Assembly (NCBI GenBank): GCA_012026655.1
Contig: JAAILG010000075.1
Span: forward strand, 1 to 64,000
Source: Hydrolagus affinis
Lineage: Eukaryota
DNA length: 64,000 bases
Direction of reading: 5' to 3'
Positions 1 to 12,340 of the stretch are shown here, in pieces (within the stretch, counting starts at the first letter, position 1; the number at the start of each line of letters is the position of its first letter). The notes under the pieces were generated by a model, which was not told the origin of the DNA, did no database searches, and saw only the letters and a program-made list of their open reading frames with translations. Position numbers and translations under genes: made by a program.

Positions 1-123
1 TGTCTCTCCTCCATTCTGCCGGCAATATCATCGAAAATGCTTCCGTTTTTTTTCACCAAAAAAAGGTCAAAAGTGGGGGGTGCGCCTTATATGCGAGTGT
101 GCCTTATACGCAGAGATATACGG
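1..123. mobile_element. End of a Tc1/mariner (pogo/Tigger-like) non-autonomous element
   Basis: Repeated GCGCCTTATA/GTGCCTTATA subterminal motifs ending ...ATATACGG followed by TA; other end lies outside the window. Confidence 0.55.
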
Positions 124-791
124 TATGCTTTCAGCCATGACACCCTGAAACTCTCTCCCTCAAACCCCTCCGCTTTCCCCATTTTGAGATCATGCTTGAA
201 AGCCTTCCTCTTCAACAGTGCCTAAGGTTACCTCTCTCCAGCTTGGCGTCTGGCTAAGCCATTGTGAAGCTCTACAGGATGCCACACTGCATAAAGGCTG
301 CTATATAAATGCAAGTTTTTGTTATTAAAAACTCTGGCATTGGCATTTGATATTACTTTATGTCATTAGAAATTAATCATCTTCTCTAGCCATTTTTTCA
401 CATTGAGTTTGAAAAGAAAGTATACAATTTCAGCATTCTACATGTACAAAATTGGATGTTCGACTCTTTAATATCATTAAAAATATTATTCTATTTGTTT
501 AAAGTTCCCAGGTAGTTCAGCAGGATGACCATTACAATTTGTATCAGATATGTTTATATTGCACTCATTGCCCTACTTTGAAATCCTCTCCTTCAAGCAG
601 TGTCAGAAGGCTCCAGAAGTCAATATCTAATTGCTACTAAAATTTACCAAACATCCAATATAAGCATGCATAGACTTTTAAGAATGTATGCACTTTAACA
701 AACATTATCCTGAATCGTTAAATCCAACAATTTTTTTGATAATTAGATTCTAGGCTAATGACATACAAAAAACAGTTTTAGATTTACTTAC

Positions 792-978
792 ATGCTAACC
801 GTTCTTTTAGTTGTGGAATAGCTGCTAAATCAATTGCACTTTTAGAGTGACAATTCAGTAAAGTTGGATCAGCACCATAGCTCAGCAACAGGGAACACAC
901 TTCTGCTCTGTTTTTAGAGGCAGCCTCATGTAAAGGAGTAAACTGCCACAGGTCCATAGCATTCACACAGGCACCATG
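792..978 (-). CDS. TNKS2: Tankyrase-2 coding exon 8 (gene continues beyond window start)
   Basis: ACAG|CAT...GCAT|GTAAGT, 187 nt; [62 protein letters not shown]. Confidence 0.95.
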
Positions 979-1928
979 CTGTGAGAAAGTTGAAACATTC
1001 AAAGGCAATTTAAAAACAACTATGTTTGTAAGCATAACAAGTACCACTTTGATAACCTTCAGATGCCTGACAGATGTCATCAGGCTTCAATGTGTGGGCA
1101 TGACTTTTTCTTAATTATGCCCAAGGATTTTGACTGGCAAATTATATTTAGACTCCAAAAAGATGATAGCACAGCATATTCATGGCCTTATAATTTTAGT
1201 ATCATTGGGATACAGATGGAATATTTTATTATAATTTATCACTGAAAATAATAGCATCACTGTGAAAGATGATAGAATGATTCTATCTAATTCATAAATA
1301 CATAATACAGTATATAGGCTCTTGGATCTTATTAAGGCAGATTTTGTACAACTCATGCAACCTTTTACCCCATTAAACTTCTGTCAAATGTAGTGGCCTC
1401 TAAAAGGCTGTTTTTTTGTGCAGAATTTAATTTATGGTAGACATGGTAACCAAGATTGCAACTTTGTTTCAAGCACCAGAACCAACAAGGAGAGAAACAG
1501 AAACTGGATCAGAGTTTGTCAATCAGGTTCCAGATTGTGGAATTAATGTGGTGGATCAGTTGAAGTTGGTTTTACTCCAAATAAATTTCTCTTCTCAGAC
1601 AGGAGATCTAAAATGCAATTTTTCCCCTTAGTCTTTCTGGTAGTAAAGGGGGATGAATGCAACATTAAATCCACTTTCCGCTAACAAATGCTTTTATCAA
1701 ATGAAAATTCTGATCGTACACATTTATTCATAATAATGAATCATGGCCCAATTTTTTTTAAGTGCTCAAAAATAAGTTATTTTTAATACCATTTTATTCT
1801 GAACTTGCAGATAAGATATATTGCTCTTAGCCAATCAGAGAAACAGGCACACATCAATGTTTGGAACAATTTCACTGAAGCATCAATCTCATTAATGCAA
1901 TGAACACAATCTGGAACCTCAACAATTA

Positions 1929-2084
<156 letters not shown>

Positions 2085-2101
2085 TTATGATAAACGATTA
2101 C

Positions 2102-2196
2102 CCTTTATCCTTAGCGTGAACATCAGCACCATGCTGAAGGAGCAGCTGTACGATCTTAACACGATTATATCCTGCTGCTAAATGAAGTGGAGTAGA
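2102..2196 (-). CDS. TNKS2: Tankyrase-2 coding exon 6
   Basis: ACAG|TCT...AAGG|GTAATC, 95 nt; [32 protein letters not shown]. Confidence 0.95.
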
Positions 2197-2344
2197 CTGT
2201 GGAAAGAAATTAAAACCATTTCAAGGAAAGGCACTTTGCCTAATAAAATGTTTGTAATTCATGGAAGTTTACAACTGGCTCACAGTATAAGGTGAACCCC
2301 ATAACAAGGCACCCCAGTTTATTTCGCATGTGTTATTCATACTA

Positions 2345-2746
2345 CAGTAAAAGCTTGTTTATACGGCACCCAACCAACCGGAACACTCAACCAACTGTAT
2401 CTCCCAATACAATTCACCATTCCAGCACTGATCTCATACAGGAGCCATCCGGGACACTCACGAGTATGCTCACTTCACACATGCGTGCAATGCATGCGCA
2501 TGTGCACTTATTAAACTTAACAAACGCTGTAATTTTTATTTTACTGATCATTTTACTGAGCATGCTGGAATACTTTATTGGTAAGTATCCATACAATATT
2601 CTATTATTATTTAGTCTATTATTAATATGGTATGTTTTAAAATAAGTTAATTTCTTGTGTAGGCAACTTGCCGCTCGAATATCGGCATTTTTGATTAAAC
2701 GGCACCAGTCAGGTCCCTAGGGTGTCAGATAATCAAGCTTTCACTG
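2345..2746. mobile_element. Tigger/pogo-like MITE in TNKS2 intron 5
   Basis: TA on both flanks; imperfect ~27-bp TIRs CAGTAAAAGCTTGTTTATACGGCACCC and (reverse complement of right end) CAGTGAAAGCTTGATTATCTGACACCC. Confidence 0.75.
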
Positions 2747-2929
2747 TATATAATAACAATAATAATTAATACGAGTTTTGAGTTAATGATTCCAGACTTG
2801 CGAGTCTGCCATTTTATCATGCTTCTCCTATATTGAAGCTGCACATTCACCAGTTTTCTTCAAACTGTTTAAAAGGTACCACCAGATTAGATGGTTAACA
2901 CAGTAACAAACAATACACAATAATCTTAC

Positions 2930-3005
2930 CTTTCTACCATCACTTGCATGACAGTTTACATTCAGTGGTGTAAGCAGGGACATCAACTTTTCTTCATTTC
3001 CACTC
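2930..3005 (-). CDS. TNKS2: Tankyrase-2 coding exon 5
   Basis: TATAG|GA...AAAG|GTAAGA, 76 nt; [25 protein letters not shown]. Confidence 0.95.
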
Positions 3006-4169
3006 CTATAAACAGACATTTTTATTATACTCTAGCCCATGTCACTTATGTGAAAAGATACTTCATGCAATTAATCATTCCTACTGATAGTTGTATCTAA
3101 ATTAACAGTATTGCATTCTATACCATTGAAAAATCAAATCAGCTATTTTATCTATTGATATAATTTATTTAATTACACCTTTATTTCTTAAATTACTTTA
3201 TTACTAATACATTATGAATAATACCAAAAAATCAGTTTTGCTGAGATTCCCTGAAATGTGCCAATCTGCAGACACGTTTTACTTAATAGAAGTGTGATAT
3301 TAAAATGCTATAGCTCCTTGATAGCCAACAATGATCTGATGCCACCATGTGGTGAAGAATTGTAGAACTAGTTTATCACTCCAGTTACTTGCTTTGCAGC
3401 AGTCTATTGTCTGAATTACATGAAATGTAGCAAAGAAGCAATCAGTGCTCCTGACATTATGTAAACATTACAAACATCCAAGTTTCATACCTACCTATGT
3501 AACTATACATACTGTATATAGTTAATATATATAACCATATTACATATAGTTTTCATATGTAAACTACATATGAAAAGGTTCACTGATGTTCCATCAGTCC
3601 AACTTAAATTGCATTTCAATGCTCACTTTATTTTAGTGTCACAATAGTTTAGATCTGAAACTAAAGTGATCCAGTATTATCCAAAATAAATTCACAACAT
3701 AATCCTCTCAATAAATAAAAACAATTGACAATCTCTAAAGATGATTACCATGTTCTTGATTATCATAAAATTGCATAATTCTTAAAAATCGCTAATCAAC
3801 TTCACCTTTTATATAAAAAAGAACATAACATGTATGTGTCAGTTATCCCATTTATATTTCCCCTACTAGTCCTGGTCAGGCAGGGGTCGGGGCCTGAACG
3901 TGGGGGGGTGGGGGGGTTGGGATAAGGGAGGGCAGAGAGGTACAGATGAAGGCACCAAGTTTATTTTTATGTGCCAAGTCCAACCTACCAAACTCTGAAT
4001 AACATTCATAACCATCTCCATAAGGTAGAATTATGGGCACTGTAAATAAAAATAGACTAAATGTTGTAAATCGGAAATAGAAACAGAAATGAACAGGCAA
4101 ACCACCGTCTTCTAGAGAAGAAATAGGTTATTACATTTTCTGATAATACTTCAGAACTGGGAGATCTAC

Positions 4170-4206
4170 CTTGCAGTCTCTAGTAACTCGTCCTTCTTGT
4201 AGTCAC
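4170..4206 (-). CDS. TNKS2: Tankyrase-2 coding exon 4
   Basis: TTACAG|GT...GCAAG|GTAGAT, 37 nt; GDYKKDELLETAR. Confidence 0.92.
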
Positions 4207-4762
4207 CTGTAAATGTAATTACAATTAGTTAAAAACTTTGGAAATATAAAAGTTTCCCAAGAATTTTAAAATAGCCTTACTTTAATTACCATTATATTGC
4301 TTTTTGAATAGATTTTACAAGGTACGTCAGCACAGATCTCTCAGATAGCAAAAAACATTTGAATTAAGATCACAAAATCAGCTTGGATAAGAGTCCTATG
4401 GCTGATTTGCTCTCATCCTTCCAGAATACCCACATTACCATTCTTTCATCACCATCAAGCAAGTTCTTAAATAAATCTAATGTCCTGGTGTTATTGATCC
4501 AGGTTTCTCTGAATGCTTTAGACTTTAAAGCATGAAAATTAGTTTAAGAGAAAAACTATATTCCTTTCCAACCTTCATTTACTCCCTAACTTTATAGAAT
4601 CAGGAACCAAGTCCCTGTCCTTTCATGTTGTAAAGGTACACACAATATGGCACTTGGTGCTGCAATGGACCAGAATTCTAACTTACATCATGTTGAGCAT
4701 CTTTCTCATTACCGAGACAGCATTACAGTTAAATATCATGTAGAGGTTTAAAAATCACTCAC

Positions 4763-4858
4763 CTGTCAAAACAGCTTTAGTAGATAGATCTGCCAGATCA
4801 AACGCTGTCCTCCCATCAGTATTACGAATATGTGGATCAGCTCCATGTTGAAGCAACA
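4763..4858 (-). CDS. TNKS2: Tankyrase-2 coding exon 3
   Basis: GTAG|TG...ACAG|GTGAGT, 96 nt; [33 protein letters not shown]; not in the ORF track, read manually. Confidence 0.94.
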
Positions 4859-6559
4859 CTACAACAAGTAGAAAAATGTCTTATAAATATGAAAAATTAG
4901 AGTGATGCAAGGACATAAGAAACTATATATTCAAATAAGGCACAGTACCAGTCATTTGTTTTAAACTAATGACAATGGTGAAAAGATTTCTCAATCTGAA
5001 AACAAAGGCTAGGACAGGAATAATAATGTGGGAGATTTGCTGTATTGAAAAACAATGGAAAACTCGTTCAACAATAAATACATATTTCACAAGTAATATG
5101 CAACTCATTAAACCCAACATTAAATTAAAAATACTGTAAGTATTTATGGAAGTTTCCATGGAAGCTTCCCAGAATCAGAGTGGAACACTGGTTCAACAAC
5201 CTGAAATTCTGTCATGCCTTTAATTTGAAACATAATTTTGCCAAAGATAATGCACATTAAGTATTATTACAGTAATAAATCTGTAGTATTTGAAAGTGGA
5301 TCAATATTCATAAAATGTCACTATATCTTAAAATGTGATAATTAAAAGTTATTTACTACCATCACCCCTAAAGGTTTTTATCCAAAAACACGGTTGGCAA
5401 TATTGGGTCAAAATTGGGATTATATTTTTTTCAAAAGAACTCTGATTTTAAATCCTCATTTTAGTGATTAAGATTTAGAATGATCTTTTTAGAACATGCT
5501 TTACATTTTATAATATAAAATATCAATCTTGTTTGTTTTCTTCCAGAAGTAGAATTATACCACGGGTGAAGGAAATGTTCCATGTGGAGATATTCAATAA
5601 ATTTTGTTATGTACCTCCTCTAAAATCCACTGTGAGGAACTGATTCTGTCCCATGTACTAGGCACCAATAGATAACATATCCAACAAATCATGCACTTAC
5701 CAATCAACCCTGCAATTCCTTGAAGTGATGGAACTAATCCATTAACAAGTGGAGGCTATTTGTTTTTTTTTAAATAGTCTACCAAAAGATATTAAATTAT
5801 CTTTACACGACTAGTCTCATCTCTACATCTTTTCAATTGTACCTTTTTTTATTTCTGTAATATTTCGCTTTGCAAATTCTCCTTATGTTAAAATGTATCT
5901 GTATATTTGAGTTTTTAAGCACATATTTTAATTCATTTGAAGTTCTTAATATAAATCTTAGTTTATTACGTTTGCAGCAATCTAATTTTGATTTTCTAAT
6001 GCAATTCATTTTCGAATATACAGTAATTAAATATAAATGAAAGATTAAATTAATGATTGCAACAAGTATCTGAAAAATCCTAAACATACTGTATTTCAGC
6101 AACACATTTGAAGATGAACCAGGAAAATGTTGTGTGTACCTGAAGCTTTTCTAATCTTTAAAATGTATTTCATTTCAATTAATAGATGATGGTTAATTCT
6201 TTATTGATTACACCCATAATCATGGTCTTTGCTCCCAGAAAATGGATACTAATGTTCTTACACATCTATCTTCTCATTTTTAATATAAGCCTTATGTAAA
6301 TAATACATTTTGAACTCAAAACATGGCATTCCATCCATTTAGTGAACCCTTCCATTTTGCTCAAGCATACAGGAAAGGACACAGTTTTCTTTCCTTTTAA
6401 TTCTTTTGAAATAATAAGCTCAACAAATGTGCAAGAATTTATAGTATATTACCAAATTATGTTTAAAATCTTATATAAAAATGTAATAAGCATTGAAGGT
6501 CAATAAATACTTTGGCATGCATTATTAAAATGTGAAATAATCATCACTGTTTGGGGTGA

Positions 6560-6840
6560 TTTCCAGTGGAATGTAAATCAATGATGAGAGGGCATCAATT
6601 CAAAGGGAGAAATTAAGGAATTTGTTTTACACACAATGCTGTCACAATGTAGAATGTCCTGCCTTTGCGATGCTTGATGCAGAATCCATATTAGTTTTCA
6701 AAAGGGAATTAGATATCTGAAGAGAAATAATCTGCAAGAATATGGGGAAAAGGTAGGTAGAGACTAATTGCACTTTCAAGCCCATTGTGATGATCCATAT
6801 GACATTCTTCCGTGCTGTAAATTTATTTGATTCTATGAAA
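6560..6840 (+). mobile_element. Decayed CR1 LINE 3' end
   Basis: TTTTACACACAATGCTGTCACAATGTAGAATGTCCTGCC...TTTCAAAAGGGAATTAGAT resembles the CR1 ORF2 end (FF.QR.V..WN.LP...FK..LD); similar piece at ~49490-49830. Confidence 0.6.
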
Positions 6841-7606
6841 CTTTAAAGCATTGTAATGTACATTGGTGAAAACCCAATTTTTCCTGTTCCTCTCCAGCCA
6901 TACTTTTCACCAATATTGGATGGTGATCAGGAAACATGGCTAATGGGACGTCCTCCTGACGTGAAAATCGATTTATAAAAAAGTAATTTTGTTGTGTTGT
7001 TAATATACCCCTCTCCTCACCCGTTCAGATTAGTACAAGATTCGACTCTGTTGTCCCTCACAGATGAATAGCCTACCAAATACATTTCCAGTCTCCCACA
7101 ATTGACACTGGGATGCTTTAAAATTTTTATCAAATCATATTTACTTTTTGACCGCTTCCTATTGTTAAATAATCTGCTTTATATCATAAAAATGAGAGCA
7201 AATGGAAAGGATCTATCATAATGATTGCAGAATAATTCAGAAGGTGATTAACAGTGGTTAAATGCAAAAGCAACTATTAAAAATCTACTCTTTTTTTAAA
7301 CAAAAATATGCCAGTGAGAAGGATGAAAATGGAAAATCTTTTATCCAGTGTGTAGTAAAGTTCAAGTAAATTAAAATGTGTTTTAATATGTAAATTAAAT
7401 TGTTTTAATGAATTAAGAGCTCAACTGTTCTTAGAAAAGGGAATAATCTAAAGGATTAAGATCGAGTGTCTTGTTCAGCACCTTTATTAGGCCAATTTTT
7501 ACATCATAGCAATTTCTGCCAAGTTATAGGAAAAATGATCAGGAAGGGGAAATGATCCAATAAAATGATTCACCCATTTATTGAACAAAGTTACAGAAAA
7601 GCCTAC

Positions 7607-7831
7607 CTATGCATACGTCAATTTTGCCTTTGATGGCGGCTTCATGGAGAGGCGTGTAGTTCCAATTATCTCGAGCATTAGGATCAGTGCCTTGGTGTAG
7701 TAGCAGATTGACAACTTCTGCATGGCCAAATGAACAGGCATTATGAAGAGGAATAAGACCTCCATCATCTGTTGCATGGACATTAGCACCACTCTGAAGC
7801 AAAAACTCAACTACATCCTTCCGTCCAAACC
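7607..7831 (-). CDS. TNKS2: Tankyrase-2 coding exon 2 (ankyrin repeats)
   Basis: CTAG|GG...ATAG|GTAGGC, 225 nt; [41 protein letters not shown]...[11 protein letters not shown]; phase matches exon 1. Confidence 0.96.
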
Positions 7832-10829
7832 CTAGAGGGATTGACATATAGCCATAAGTTATCAAAGCAACCACACTTCAAACATTCTAAAGCAAGGTCT
7901 AGGAGCAACATATTTAATCATTCTTTGATTTAGTAAACTGAGCATAAATATTGCATGTTTAGTGACCTGGAAAGTGGCCCCTATGTACATTTACTTCACC
8001 CAGATTTGTTACAGGTAACTATGTGTGGCACCACACCAAGGCTAATTGTTGTTTATAGGCATTACTAACAATTAGTTTCCTAACTTTTGTATATATTCTA
8101 TATTTATACAACTTATTTATTTTTACAAATTCACTTTATGGACTTGTTATTCATTCATGTCAAAACCATTCGACTTTCTGAAATCATTCATTCTTTCACA
8201 CCAACCATTCTTGTAGTGCACTCTTGTGGTGCAATGTTTTATTAGCTAATTACCATTTTTAAGGCTATAGTTTTTGAGGAAGATCATACAGATTCATTTT
8301 GGTTTTGGCAAATACAATTACTTCAAGTTTAACCAGAAGAAATTAAACCTAAAAGGAATAAAGTATCTTTTATATAGATGAGAGAAGAAAAATATTCATT
8401 AAAATTAGACGTAGTGAGAAGGGACCCCAATTACAACAATGTACTCCACTCCCTCTATATTTTAGTGTCGATAAAGATTTTAAGAAGAAATTCTACTCTA
8501 ATTTCAAACCTTCCTGACACATTGAAGGGTCTTCCCACTAAGCCAAAATAATACTTAACAGAGAATAAAATTGTCTTTTACACTTCAAAACTATAGGATA
8601 CGATAGTAAAGGACCTGAAGCAGCTCCTCTCAAACCAAACCATCAGAATATATGCGGTGGTACTGGTTGGCACCAAAGCAGACTTCCAGGTGGAGCATGA
8701 GCCTTCTCTGAAGCTTCACGGTCTCCTATAGTGGTGTATGTACAGTAGTCTAGACTTTGTAGCATTTAATTTTCTGTATGGTAAGTAAAAATAAAATATG
8801 AAATGTTTACAAAATATAATTATTCTCTTTGTTAAGAGAAACCAATTAGGATTCCCAATCAGGTTCATGCCCAGCTTGTAGTAACTTGCCATTATACAGC
8901 ATCTTTGACATAAAATAAACATCCCAAATCATGCAAAATAGGACAGATTTTTAAATGAAAATATTGTTAATTGGAAACATAAACAAGTGCTGCTAGTATC
9001 TGTTATGTGCAATTACACCATAGTTTACAGGGTTGCATTTTTGCAACCATTTCTCTTGAATCTTCAATCAATGCTCCAAAGCCTGTCCTACTTTGTAAGA
9101 TCCTAGAAATTCCAAAAGCGTGAGCTCCTAAGATCACAAATAGTGCATTTCATTCTGCATCCTCCACACATTGAATTGAAACAGAATAGGATCACATACT
9201 GAGAAAACAATATAATAATCCTTACATTTGATACAGTACCTTAACATGTGGTTAAAATATCTCAAAGAGCTTCATAGGGTAAAGAATTTACTCAAGAGTA
9301 AAAATACTGAAAGATGTAACACTACATTGTTGGAGGTGCCATCCTTCAGACGAGACAGTAAACCGAGGTATCAACTACCTACTCAGGTGATGATTAAAGA
9401 AGGGTATATCTGAGAAGGGAATTTCTCCCAGCATCCTGGCAAACAAATACCTCACCAAACCTGTCCACTCTCTCTGTTCAGCAGGCTCTGGTCTGCTCCA
9501 TGTCCCCCAACCCACCTATGGCATAAGAGCCTTCAGTCCCACTGCCCCCAACCTTTGGAATTCAATCCCCCAACCTTTGGAATTCAATCCCCCAAATCCC
9601 TCTGCCTTGCGCCCTCCCTAGCCTCCTTCCATCTCTTCGACCTCGCCATTGGTCATCCCCATTCCCCTCCACGATTCCGACCCCAGCTCGAGTCCGAAAC
9701 ACTGACTGTACAGTACCTTGGGACATCCTTTTGATGCATACAAATGTAATTTTGTTATTCTTTCACTTCATGGCTCTTTGTGCGACATTGCTATATCCCA
9801 GCATCTTGGGACGTCATCATGAGGTGAAAGGTGTTATACATGTGAAATTTTGTTGTTGTAAATTGCCTGCCCACAAATATATCACTTTACAATATATTCT
9901 GTCAAATCACTTTACAATATATTCTGCGAACTGCTTTGAGAGATAAGATGTGAAAAGCAAATGCAATCAAATGCAAGGATTATTATATATTATTATTTTG
10001 CTGTGCTCACAACAGCAGAAAGATCACATGCATCACCTACTAACACCAATGTCAAACAAGTCACAACAAGCATCATAACAATTCCAGAAGATGATGGCAG
10101 CTTGTCTAAAAACAATGTGTTAAGGATATAGAATAAACAATTCCACAGCGCCTTGGGACATCTTCCCGGCGTGAAAGGCACTCTATAAATGTTAATTCTG
10201 TGTGTGTGTATATGTGTGTGAGATTATGCGGTTGAAACATAAAAACTCTATAATCATCTACGCTAAACGTTTGCAGCAAAAATATTTTCTCACCAACGAT
10301 TCCCCATGTCGTCATCCCCACCCCAACAATGTTTTCCGAGCAAAATTATATTGGTCCATTAATCTATGTGTTGTTACGCCCCCTTAATAATACACAACAC
10401 TGTCTACCCAATCCAAGCTAACAAAGTTCTTGACTTGTCTGAACACGGTCCAGTACATCAAGTAGGCACTCACAGTACCATGTTAAACCTGTACATGGTA
10501 CTGTACATGTTAAACCTTGTACAGTAATTGACGTGCACATTTTATACCCAAAACAGCACACACTTGCATGATTATTTCATGCAACCTTCGGTTTTCTGAC
10601 GGTTAACAATGGATCTGGCGAAAACTGATGGATCGCCTTCAGTAATTAAAGTGCGCTTTCACACAAAAAAAACACTTCAAATACATGTCCACTTCGTTTT
10701 TAATTCGTCAGCTTCATAACATCGACTGACAAGACACATACAGTATAAACAAACACACACAAAAAACAAAACCCAGGAGGTTGCATTTAACTTTCTCTTA
10801 GATTTGCACCATTTTACTAGTCCCCCGTT

Positions 10830-11530
10830 TTCTTCGCTCGAGATGAAGACACTGTTGAGAAAATGGCAACCGGAGAGTGCGGGGGGGGAGGGGGGGAGAG
10901 CAATCAAACGGGAGATTAGTCCAGTGATAGCGATGATCGTACCGGCCCCGATGTTTATTGTAAACCCGAGGCCCGTGCGGGCCAAGTTTGCCCTTTTTTT
11001 TTACCTGCGGAGAAATGCAACGGCGTCGACCTGCGCCCGGCCGTGTCTCGAGCGTTCACATTGTCGGCACTGACCAGCCTCTTCACTCGGGCCACGTCCC
11101 CGTTCCTGCAGGCCTCGAACAACTCCCTGGCGGGGTCGCTGTGGGTGGGGATAGGAGAGCGCTCACCGGGGCTCAAAGTGGAAGGCGAGCCCGCGGCTCC
11201 TGGACACCGGCGGGACGCCATTTAAAAAGCTAGGAAAATAGAGATGGACCTGTGGAGAGGGGAGGGGGGGGGGGTGGTGAGAGAACCAACAAACAGACGA
11301 GACCCACCGTCTTTACTGTTGACTCACGGTGCCCCTACTGCGCAAACTCAACGCCACCCCCTCCCCCCGCGCGCCGCCAACCGTCTCTGCGCGAACGCTC
11401 GATCGACGTCACCGGACTCTTTGTCCCGAGACTCAGGCGGCACTCGCCCCGCTGTCACGTGACCGCGAGTCCGGTCAACCCACCGGTGGCTGGAGTCCTG
11501 CAGCAAACCGCGCGCGTGTCTGTCAGCCGT
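10830..11530. promoter_or_regulatory. CpG island / TNKS2 promoter
   Basis: Abrupt GC- and CpG-rich stretch in an AT-rich background, covering TNKS2 exon 1 and ~300 bp upstream; contains palindromic GTCACGTGAC at 11454-11463. Confidence 0.85.
11005..11221 (-). CDS. TNKS2: Tankyrase-2 coding exon 1
   Basis: MASRRCPG...[20 protein letters not shown]...[15 protein letters not shown]; 217 nt ending GCAG|GTAAAA. The short N-terminus lacks the long HPS region of TNKS1. Lies in a CpG-rich zone and next to PPP1R3C, as TNKS2 does. Confidence 0.95.
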
Positions 11531-11694
11531 TTCAGCTCTCACTCACACAAACACTTCTTTTATTGAAAAGAAAGCAAAAATAATGTTGAGAGAGAGAGAG
11601 AAGTAAGTTGTCCTTCGTACACTCCGAGCCTCATCCTGAGTTTGTGGTGGCATTGCTTTCGAACATACCCCGTGTGTTCATTATGATTGTTATT

Positions 11695-11870
11695 ATTGAT
11701 GATAATAATAATGATGATTAGAATAATAATAATCATAATAATCCCTTCATTTGATGTATGGCGCCTCATCTGCGTCTTCGAGACGCCTCAAAGCGCTTCA
11801 CAGAATATACAGTAAAGTGGATTGGCTGTATGTTTCTGTGGAGCGAAACACAACAGGCCAATTGCTATTC
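11695..11870 (-). mobile_element. SINE 3' half with expanded (AAT)n tail next to TNKS2 promoter
   Basis: CAAAGCGCTTCACAGAATATACAGTAAAGTGGATTG motif and degenerate ATA/ATG microsatellite. Confidence 0.7.
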
Positions 11871-11911
11871 TTAATGTATATCATCACCTTGAAATTGGAC
11901 AAGTGCTTAAG

Positions 11912-12340
11912 GTGTCGGTCTGGCTCAGCCGGTAGCAGTTTCGCCTGTTAAGACAAAAGGTTGCAGTTTCGAAAGCCTCAGGTCGGGACTTAGTACTCAT
12001 ATAAGTGGAAGCTGACTTCAATGCAATCCAAGGGGAGTGCTGCATGGTTGGAGGTACTGTTCTTTGGATGAGATGTTATATCAAGGTCTTGTCTGCCTGG
12101 TCAGTTGATCATTGAAGATCCCATCATATTATTCAAAAAAGAGAAGAGTTTCACCCAGTGTCTTGCCCAACAATCCCCCAGCTGGAATTGGTCATTCACT
12201 TGACCTGTAGTGACACAGTTCTGTGCTCAAAATGGCTGCTGCATTTTCCCTACAAAATACACAAGAGTAACTCCTAGCAAGAACTTTGAGATGTCCTCAC
12301 AATGTGAAGGACACGATCAAATGCAAAGATTATTTTTATT
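11912..12340 (+). mobile_element. Older DeuSINE (SacSINE1-like)
   Basis: tRNA-like head GGCTCAGCCGGTAGC, Deu-like GGAGGTACTGTCTTTGGATGAGATGTT...GAAGATCCCAT, L2-type tail; related fragments at ~9325-9445, 19750-19835 and 46645-46885 (+) and 29600-29845 (-). Confidence 0.7.

Noticed and set aside
2292-2645. 117-aa ORF with hydrophobic C-terminus
   Set aside because: Lies mostly inside the Tigger-like MITE in a TNKS2 intron; hydrophobicity reflects T-rich sequence
10677-11583. Cluster of overlapping ORFs on both strands
   Set aside because: Expected in a stop-poor CpG island; only the TNKS2 exon-1 frame has homology and splice support
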